Of a stretch of 14,947 bases of DNA, positions 1 through 6,434 are shown in pieces (within the stretch, counting starts at the first letter, position 1; each line of letters begins with the position of its first letter). The translations under genes were made by a program, and so were the position numbers. The notes beneath the pieces were generated by a model. The model was given only the letters and a program-made list of their open reading frames with translations. It was not told the origin of the DNA and made no database searches. The DNA lies in the NCBI GenBank assembly GCA_050287845.1, contig JBNKCR010000080.1:1-14947 (forward strand), in the 5' to 3' direction. This DNA comes from Polyangia bacterium. Lineage in GTDB: Bacteria > Myxococcota_A > Polyangia > JAAYKL01.

Positions 1-46
1 CCGCGCGGTTCGAGACACTCGCTACGCTCGTTCCTCACCACAGCGG
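1..46. repeat. REP-like imperfect palindromic element, possibly cut by the window edge
   Basis: The ends CCGC...GCGG pair, and inner GGT..GAG pairs with CTC.ACC around CTCGCTACGCTCG. The layout resembles dispersed intergenic palindromic repeats. Copy number cannot be seen in this window. Confidence 0.5.
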
Positions 47-151
47 CTCTGTTTCCCTAAATTACTGGCCCAACTTAATTCTGTATCCGAATTGTTGCAT
101 CGTCTCGTTTTCGAAATTGGTACACCTCGAATAGCTCAACCTTCGTAACTA

Positions 152-180
152 TTGATGGAACATTTTTTTGTGTGTAAACT
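152..180 (+). promoter_or_regulatory. Putative sigma70 promoter for the corrinoid operon
   Basis: TTGATG (152-157), a 17-bp spacer and TAAACT (175-180), about 34 bp upstream of the GTG start. GGAG RBS at 202-205. Confidence 0.45.
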
Positions 181-213
181 GAACTTGATCAATTACAACC
201 TGGAGATGCTGCG

Positions 214-888
214 GTGGATATTTCGTCAATCACCGAAAATTATTATGACGCTGTTCTGGATACCGACCGGGATGAAGCGCTGCATGTGATAAATGAAGCG
301 ATAAACAGTGGTGTTGAACCCGAAACTCTCGTGTTCGATGTAGTATTGCCTTCGTTGGACGGCATGCTTCATGCCATCAGTCGGGATGACAATGCAACCC
401 TGTCCCGGCATTTCATCTCCGCAAAATTCGCCGGTGAAGTGGTGGAGTCCCTCATTGCCCGGTTCAAAATCAAACCCGCCTGCAGCGGAACCATTGTTCT
501 GGGTACCGCCGCTGGAGACTTTCATGGGCTCGGCAAAAAAATTGTCGCCGGGTGTCTCACCGCCCATATGTACACGGTTCACGATGCCGGACTCAATGTC
601 TCGCCCCGCAGATTTGTAGATCTCGCAGAACACAATGCAGCAGATGTGATTGGTGTCTCCTCCATGATGATGCACACAACCACTGGTGATAACGGTCCGA
701 AAGGAGTGCGCGATGAGCTGCAACGACGGGGGCTCGAAAAGCATATTCGCCTCATCGTTGGCGGCGCACCGTATAAGTTTGATGAGGAACTCTACCGCAA
801 AGTGCGTGCGGACGGCTGGGCAGAAAATGCGCTTTCGGCTGTATCTGTCATCAAGGCGTTCACCGCCAGGGGGGAACACTATGCATGA
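214..888 (+). CDS. Corrinoid (cobalamin-binding) protein, MtaC/MtbC/MttC-like, with cap domain and B12-binding Rossmann domain
   Basis: Base-off/His-on motif D-x-H-x-x-G (GDFHGLGKKIV), then VIGVSSMM and IVGGAP. N-terminal helical cap. GTG start with GGAG RBS. 224 aa. Confidence 0.92.
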   Translation: MDISSITENYYDAVLDTDRDEALHVINEAINSGVEPETLVFDVVLPSLDGMLHAISRDDNATLSRHFISAKFAGEVVESLIARFKIKPACSGTIVLGTAAGDFHGLGKKIVAGCLTAHMYTVHDAGLNVSPRRFVDLAEHNAADVIGVSSMMMHTTTGDNGPKGVRDELQRRGLEKHIRLIVGGAPYKFDEELYRKVRADGWAENALSAVSVIKAFTARGEHYA

Positions 889-1062
889 TGCGATGACACT
901 GTTCGGCGCTCTGGCCAGAGGAGAACTGCCCACCAGGGCACCGATCACGGCCAATCTGCCCGATCAGGGGCTGGTGGAATTGGGGATAGCTGCCAGAGAA
1001 TACTACAACAGTCCCGACAACGTGCAGGCCACGAATCTGGCACTTACATTTTGGAGGCATAA
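881..1062 (+). pseudogene. Internally deleted uroporphyrinogen-decarboxylase-family (MtaA/MT2-like) methyltransferase gene
   Basis: ATG at 881 overlaps the upstream stop by 8 bp. The first ~48 codons (MHDAMTLFGALARGELPTRAPITANLPDQGLVELGIAAREYYNSPDNV) resemble a URO-D family N-terminus. A different frame from 1021 reads RAGHESGTYILEA* (TAA 1060-1062), resembling the family C-terminus (AA.EYG.Y). It ends 5 bp before the kinase ATG. Confidence 0.7.
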
Positions 1063-1067
1063 TTCAG

Positions 1068-2867
1068 ATGGCTCCCTGTGAACACTGCGCAAAAAACGAA
1101 GCCCGAATTGCGCAGTTGCGCCAGCGCATCACCAAACTGGCCCGGGAAAAATCCGACCTGCAGCTGGTCGCAGATGTCCTTTCGCAGCTTGCCGGACTTC
1201 GCGGAACGCTCCCCATCGCCAAACACACTCTGCATATACTGATGAACGCCATCGGTGGCACCAACATTACATTTTATTACCACCGGGACAACCAGTGGCT
1301 CTGCCAGGATGTCTATGGTCGGGAAGAAATATTGGATGAACTCGATGATGAACATGTGCAGCGCGCCGTTGTATCGCGGCAGCGCAGAGGCGCCATTTCA
1401 GATGCCAACGAAACGGCACCCTTCACCATGCAGACCGGGAACAGCACGTTTGAGAAATGGGTATTCCCGCTGGTTGTGGATGACGAAATACTGGGTGCGC
1501 TCTGCGCGGATGGTCTGGTGGTACATGTGAATGACTCCATAGTGGAGCAACTCAGCATTATTGCCACATATATCAGTCTGGTACTGAAAAACGAATCATT
1601 GGCGGAATCGCGGATAAAGCGCGCCTACGACGCATTGATACTGAAAAATCAGGAGCTTGAAAGCGAAATTGTCCGCCGCATCCGGGTGGAAGAAGAAAAA
1701 CAGACCCTGCAGAACCAGCTGCAGCAGGCACAGAAAATGGAGGCGATTGGCACGCTTGCAGGCGGTATCGCCCATGACTTCAACAATCTGCTGGGCGCTA
1801 TCATCGGATACACCGATCTCGCCCACGATGCCAGTGCGGAAGGAGAAAGCCGCCGCCACCTCGAACAGGTGCTGCGCGCCGCCGATCGGGCCAAAGATCT
1901 GGTGAACCAGATTCTCGCCTTCAGTCGCAAACAGGAGATCGGTTACGCTCCCATACTGGTGGCCCCGGTGGTAAAAGAAGTAATGAAACTGCTCAGAGCG
2001 AGCATCCCATCGACCATTGAAATCTGCGCCAACGTGGACGATGCGTGTCCCGCCATATTCGGGAACGCAACAAACATTCATCAGATTGTCATGAATCTGT
2101 GCGCCAACGCGACCCATGCAATGGAAGAAACCGGCGGCCAACTGAATGTATCGCTGCAATCTGCCAGCAACGATCGCGCAGAACAAATGGTGCAGCTCAC
2201 TATTACGGATACGGGTACTGGTATTCCGGAAGATATTCTGCCCCGGATTTTTGAACCCTACTTCACCACCAAAGGGGTTGGAAAAGGTACCGGCATGGGT
2301 CTCGCGGTGGTACACGGCATTGTTCATTCCCTCGGGGGAACCATCCGGCCGGAGTCCAGGGTTGGGAAGGGCACATCGTTTATCTGCCAATTTCCGGCAG
2401 TTGCCGGCAAGGCAAGAGACAGTGCCGTTCCCGATTCTCCCAATGTAACCTTTTCCGGGGTGGCCATGGTAGTGGATGATGAATCGTCCATTGCTGCGCT
2501 GGCGGCCAGAATGCTAAGAAAAATGGGATTCGAAACCGATGTATTTGTTCACAGTCATAAAGCGCTCGAAGCATTTTATGCTGCGCCCGACAGATACAAC
2601 CTGGTGCTTACCGACCAGACAATGCCCGAGTTGACCGGACACCAGTTGTCCAGACTCATTACGATGCACCGCAGAATCCCGATTATCGTAATGTCCGGAT
2701 ACAGTTCGTCTCTGGAAGTTGACAAACTGACAGAGGCAGACCTGTCCGCGTATCTGCCGAAACCCTTCAGCACCAGCGACCTGGAGCGAACAGTCACCAT
2801 GGCCATGCGGGGTAAAGATGCCGCCGCACCCAATTGGCAGCGCACACTGATGTCTGATGATGCCTGA
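1068..2867 (+). CDS. Cytoplasmic hybrid sensor histidine kinase (coiled coil + GAF-like, HisKA, HATPase_c, receiver)
   Basis: H-box GGIAHDFNNLL, N-box QIVMNLCANA, G1 DTGTGI, F-box FEPYFTTK, G2 GKGTGMGL. Receiver motifs VVDD, LTDQTMP, SG, KP. GAF-like FPLVVDDEILGAL. GGAGG RBS at 1053-1057. No obvious TM helix. Confidence 0.95.
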   Translation: MAPCEHCAKNEARIAQLRQRITKLAREKSDLQLVADVLSQLAGLRGTLPIAKHTLHILMNAIGGTNITFYYHRDNQWLCQDVYGREEILDELDDEHVQRAVVSRQRRGAISDANETAPFTMQTGNSTFEKWVFPLVVDDEILGALCADGLVVHVNDSIVEQLSIIATYISLVLKNESLAESRIKRAYDALILKNQELESEIVRRIRVEEEKQTLQNQLQQAQKMEAIGTLAGGIAHDFNNLLGAIIGYTDLAHDASAEGESRRHLEQVLRAADRAKDLVNQILAFSRKQEIGYAPILVAPVVKEVMKLLRASIPSTIEICANVDDACPAIFGNATNIHQIVMNLCANATHAMEETGGQLNVSLQSASNDRAEQMVQLTITDTGTGIPEDILPRIFEPYFTTKGVGKGTGMGLAVVHGIVHSLGGTIRPESRVGKGTSFICQFPAVAGKARDSAVPDSPNVTFSGVAMVVDDESSIAALAARMLRKMGFETDVFVHSHKALEAFYAAPDRYNLVLTDQTMPELTGHQLSRLITMHRRIPIIVMSGYSSSLEVDKLTEADLSAYLPKPFSTSDLERTVTMAMRGKDAAAPNWQRTLMSDDA

Positions 2868-2968
2868 AACCGCTATTTCAGCATTCGGTCTTCCCCGCCA
2901 AATCGACTTGAACTTGCCACCGTCCTCCGCTACCTTTCTTTTCCGGAATAGAGAAAGGTATGTAGCGC

Positions 2969-3847
2969 ATGAACAATCCACTATCGGATGTGAAACCCTG
3001 GGATCTTGTCACCGATGGATACGCCAGAGTGTTGATTCCAATTTTTCAAAAATGGACCAGAGACACATTTGTTCAGGTACCATTGAAGCCGACGGACCAT
3101 ATTCTGGACATGGCCTGCGGCCCCGGAACAGTATCGCTGCTCGCAGCCCCACTGGTAAAACGGGTCACCGCCCTGGACTTTTCACCGCGGATGATTGCCA
3201 TTCTGAATGAAAAAATCGCAGCTTCCGGTATTGACAATATCCACACAGAACAATGTGACTGTCAGGCATTGTCCATGAAAGGCAACCGGTTCGACGCCGT
3301 ATTTTCACAGTTTGGACTGATGTTTTTTCCCGACCGGATTCGCGGGTTCAAAGAGGCGTTCCGGGTATTGAAACCGGGCGGTCGCATATCCGTTTCCAGT
3401 TGGGCCCCGGTGGCACAGTCCGAGGCAATGACACTCATGATTGACGCGCTGCACGCCGGATTTGAAGCGCATTTACCCCCCGCCGAAAACAACCGGAATA
3501 TTGTCAGAGGCCTCGACGACAAACACACTTTTATGAACGAGCTGAAAACCGCCGGTTTCGAAGCCATAGAGATTTCCGAAGTGAGCCACAGTTTTCCAGT
3601 TAAACATCCACGTCAGTTCTGGATGGATATGGCAACAAGCAGCGCGCCAATGACACTGATGAAATCACGGCTGACAGAATTGGAATGGAAAGCGGGAGAA
3701 AACCGCGCCATCGAATTTATTCAGGATCGCATTGCCGGAAAAGAAAAACTGTACTCGACTGCATACCTGGCATGCGCTCAAAAACCAGCGCCGGAACGCC
3801 GACCGGCAAGTTCTTTCTTCAGGGCTTCCACGGTGACCGACAACTGA
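2969..3847 (+). CDS. Class I SAM-dependent methyltransferase (Methyltransf_11/25-like)
   Basis: Motif I ILDMACGPG, then ALDFSPRM, FDAVFSQFGLMFFPD and RVLKPGG. RBS-like GAAAGG upstream. Confidence 0.92.
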   Translation: MNNPLSDVKPWDLVTDGYARVLIPIFQKWTRDTFVQVPLKPTDHILDMACGPGTVSLLAAPLVKRVTALDFSPRMIAILNEKIAASGIDNIHTEQCDCQALSMKGNRFDAVFSQFGLMFFPDRIRGFKEAFRVLKPGGRISVSSWAPVAQSEAMTLMIDALHAGFEAHLPPAENNRNIVRGLDDKHTFMNELKTAGFEAIEISEVSHSFPVKHPRQFWMDMATSSAPMTLMKSRLTELEWKAGENRAIEFIQDRIAGKEKLYSTAYLACAQKPAPERRPASSFFRASTVTDN

Positions 3848-4302
3848 CCGAGCAGCGTTTTCGCGTTTTCCATCTGCGCGCGGGTTCTTTCCATCTCGTC
3901 TTCCACCCGCGTCAATTGAAGACTGACTTCTCTTTTCGCATCCATCTGAGACGTCACCAGCAGCCGCAATGTCTGCATCCGCTTGACGAATGCGATAATG
4001 GAATCTGAGCCGAACAGATATTGAACACTCTTTCCATTCTTACTCAACCGATAGAGCATGCTGGTGCGTTGTACGAGTCGGTTTTCAATTTCATCCAGAT
4101 TCTGGCTCAGAATGACGATTTCTTCCTGCTCCGCTTTCAATTGGTGTCGCAGTTCCGTCAGTCTCTCTTCTGTACGCCTCATGTCATTGCGGCGCGCGTT
4201 CAGCTCCATCTTCAGTTCATCGCTCTCTACCCAGGAATAGTCTTCGCCCAGCACCTGAGTGCACAGCGCAGCAATAATCAGAAAAATGGTAAACGATTTC
4301 AT
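3778..4302 (-). CDS. Secreted coiled-coil protein like the EnvC/PcsB/CwlO N-terminal region, lacking a C-terminal M23/NlpC domain
   Basis: Directly downstream of ftsX. Preferred ATG at 4302 with GGAG RBS. Signal peptide MKSFTIFLIIAALCTQVLG. Heptad-rich sequence. Central segment LVQRTSMLYRLSKNGKSVQYLFGSDSIIAFVKRM resembles the hairpin turn of FtsX-binding coiled coils. Confidence 0.75.
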   Translation of the reverse strand: MKSFTIFLIIAALCTQVLGEDYSWVESDELKMELNARRNDMRRTEERLTELRHQLKAEQEEIVILSQNLDEIENRLVQRTSMLYRLSKNGKSVQYLFGSDSIIAFVKRMQTLRLLVTSQMDAKREVSLQLTRVEDEMERTRAQMENAKTLLGQLSVTVEALKKELAGRRSGAGF

Positions 4303-4317
4303 ACCAGCGGCTCCCAA

Positions 4318-5238
4318 TTATGCATCTTCCAGTTTCTGCAATGACAGGCGCGCACCAATCAGGCCAGCCAGACATCCGCCCAGAACCAGATACAAAAGAA
4401 CGGTTGATTCCAGGCGCAGAATCCGACCACCTCCCAGCAATGGCATGATACTGCCAAGCACAGTGTCTACATGATTCATCATATAATGGAGCGCCAGCAG
4501 CGCCAGCAACATGGCAATCGTAGCTTCCACCGCACCTTCGATAAGAAACGGCAGGCGCACATACATCTGCGTCGCTCCCACAAACCGCATCACTGAAATC
4601 TCGCGACGTCTGGCACTGACACCGGTCCGGACCGTTGCCGCCACTACGAGAATGGCCACGATTGCCGCCAGAACTCCCAGCCCCCAGGCTGCCGTTCGGC
4701 CCATGGTACTCATGGCTGAAAGTCGTTCAAACCAGTCGTCGTAGAGTTCCACTTCTTCTATCATGTTGACTTTGGAAAGACGGGCGGCCAGCTGATGGCG
4801 CCCTTCCCGGCTGTGGGTCAGCTGGTCTGACAGATGAATATCGAGTGACGCGGGGAACGCGCTTTTCGGTAGCGACGCGCCCACATCACCGTATGTGCCC
4901 AGATCCCTGGCGAACTTTCCCCGGGCTTCATCGCTGGACGTGAAACTGACGTTCTGCACGCCGTCGATGGCCAGCACCGCATTTTTCAGCCGGGTCATCT
5001 CCTCTTCACTGGTATCTGCCTTCAGATAAACGGTCATCTCGGAGCTGCCAACCCAACCGCCGATGAGCTCATTCAGGTTCAGGGCAACCGTGAGGGTGGC
5101 GGTGAAACTGAGGAATGCGGCCGCCAGTGTGAACAGCGATACAACATGCATCCATGGCCTGCGACGATATCCCCCCGCTGCCCGAAGCAGGATATGCGCC
5201 AACCGGTATATGGGCTTTCCTTGCAGATGCTCGTTCAT
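4318..5238 (-). CDS. ftsX: Cell division ABC permease-like protein FtsX
   Basis: Four TM segments with a periplasmic domain after TM1 (EMTVYLK...FPASLDIHL). C-terminal motif RRREISVMRFVGAT...VRLPFLIEG. ATGA overlap with ftsE. Confidence 0.93.
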   Translation of the reverse strand: MNEHLQGKPIYRLAHILLRAAGGYRRRPWMHVVSLFTLAAAFLSFTATLTVALNLNELIGGWVGSSEMTVYLKADTSEEEMTRLKNAVLAIDGVQNVSFTSSDEARGKFARDLGTYGDVGASLPKSAFPASLDIHLSDQLTHSREGRHQLAARLSKVNMIEEVELYDDWFERLSAMSTMGRTAAWGLGVLAAIVAILVVAATVRTGVSARRREISVMRFVGATQMYVRLPFLIEGAVEATIAMLLALLALHYMMNHVDTVLGSIMPLLGGGRILRLESTVLLYLVLGGCLAGLIGARLSLQKLEDA

Positions 5239-5960
5239 ATTGCTGCCTCCGCGGGTTGTTTGAATTTCGCATCCTTCGATTTGAAAGCGCCCTTTTTTGA
5301 AAAGCCAACCAGTTTACCGTTCTCCAGAGCCAATGTCCGGTGAGGTCGTGCCGCCATCAGCATTCGGTCATGGGTTGCCACAATCACCGTGGCGCCGGCT
5401 TCGTTGATGGACTCCAGCATATCGAGAACAAAGTTGGCGCTGTACGTATCCAGACTGCCGGTGGGCTCATCTGCCAGAATCAACTGGGGATTGGGAGCCA
5501 ATGCCCTTGCAATGGCCACCCGCTGCTGTTCCCCTCCCGATAGCGCACCGGCAAGCTCGTTTTCAATTCCAGGCAGTCCCACCTCTTCGAGCACTTCTCC
5601 GACGCGCTGATGAATAAACGAGGGTGATACCCCCACCACTTCCAGTGAAAGTCCGATATTGGCTGCCACACTCAAATCATCAATGAGTTTGAAATCCTGA
5701 AAAATAATTCCCATGGACCGGCGCAGAACGGACACAGCCGACGGTTTGAGGGTTGATACATCATGGCCATTGAACTGTATCGTTCCTGTATCCGGTAGCT
5801 CGCCCATATGCAGCAAATTCAGTAATGTGCTTTTCCCGGCACCGGATGCGCCGGCAATGTACAGAAAATCACCCTGTTCAATATCAAAAGAAACGTCAAA
5901 CAAGGCTGGATTCTCCGGTCTGTAGAACCTGCTGATGCGATGGAGTCGAATCAGTGGCAT
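5235..5960 (-). CDS. ftsE: Cell division ATP-binding protein FtsE
   Basis: Walker [10 protein letters not shown]-loop IIFQDFKL, signature LSGGEQQRV, Walker [10 protein letters not shown]-loop ATHD. Coupled to ftsX. Start placed at MPLIRL (5960) by expected family length. ATG at 6014 is an alternative. Confidence 0.92.
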   Translation of the reverse strand: MPLIRLHRISRFYRPENPALFDVSFDIEQGDFLYIAGASGAGKSTLLNLLHMGELPDTGTIQFNGHDVSTLKPSAVSVLRRSMGIIFQDFKLIDDLSVAANIGLSLEVVGVSPSFIHQRVGEVLEEVGLPGIENELAGALSGGEQQRVAIARALAPNPQLILADEPTGSLDTYSANFVLDMLESINEAGATVIVATHDRMLMAARPHRTLALENGKLVGFSKKGAFKSKDAKFKQPAEAAI

Positions 5961-6108
5961 CCCACCCAACGAACCGTTTGCTGTGTTGTGAAAATGTGCA
6001 TTTAATGTTGACATAGAATGTTTTATAAAAGGATGGTCCACCGGATGGCAAAAAAATGGCAAAACCGAATCGGCAAATTTCACACAATCCACTTTTTTAC
6101 ATATTGAC

Positions 6109-6122
6109 TGAACGACTGTTCA
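6109..6122. promoter_or_regulatory. Candidate LexA (SOS) box, TGAAC-N4-GTTCA
   Basis: TGAAC-GACT-GTTCA has perfect palindromic arms. It matches the GAAC-N4-GTTC LexA box type and approximates the Myxococcus LexA motif. Confidence 0.45.
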
Positions 6123-6127
6123 CTGAA

Positions 6128-6180
6128 CGTGAATAACCTGTGAACAGCCTGTTTGTTCAGTGGGGATAACCTGTGGAAAA
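6128..6180. promoter_or_regulatory. Cluster of co-oriented DnaA boxes
   Basis: TGTGGAAAA 6172-6180 is a perfect TTWTNCACA reverse complement. TGGGGATAA 6161-6169 and CGTGAATAA 6128-6136 each have 1 mismatch. TGTGAACAG 6139-6147 has 2 mismatches. Confidence 0.65.
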
Positions 6181-6202
6181 GACAGCCATTTATGCCCTCC
6201 AT

Positions 6203-6249
6203 CCACTACATGTAGGTGTGTCCCCAAAAAAAACCACAACATATTGTGT
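6203..6249. promoter_or_regulatory. Tandem NrdR boxes upstream of nrdJ
   Basis: CCACTACATGTAGGTG (6203-6218) and CCACAACATATTGTGT (6234-6249) match acaCwAtATaTwGtgt. Their starts are 31 bp apart, the characteristic NrdR spacing, and they lie upstream of an RNR gene. Confidence 0.88.
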
Positions 6250-6434
6250 CAATTTTCTTGCAATCGACCGAGAAATTCATTATCAAAGTCGCAAGGAAAT
6301 TCACTGAACAAATTACTATTTGTGGCTTTTTTTATCTTGTTGAAAAAAAAATCAAGCGACTGGATAGTTGCGTTCAATTTCCGTTGTTTTGGGGTTTTAA
6401 TAGAATTGAATTTTTTCATTTCAGGAGACGGCGA

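Noticed and set aside
185..198. FNR/CRP-like site TTGATCAATTACAA
   Set aside because: Only one half-site matches TTGAT-N4-ATCAA, which is too weak to call.
686..880. Upstream part of ORF 686..1081
   Set aside because: It is an alternative frame inside the corrinoid gene. Only the part from ATG 881 looks like real coding sequence.
5961..6092. 44-aa N-terminal extension of ftsE
   Set aside because: FtsE-like sequence begins at MPLIRL, and the extension runs through intergenic-looking DNA.
6216..6434. 73-aa N-terminal extension of nrdJ in the ORF track
   Set aside because: It overlaps the NrdR boxes and AT-rich promoter DNA. ATG 6435 has a clear AGGAG RBS.
5961..6434. Cobalamin riboswitch upstream of nrdJ (also looked for upstream of 214)
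   Set aside because: No recognisable B12-box or conserved riboswitch core was found by eye. A covariance-model search would be decisive.
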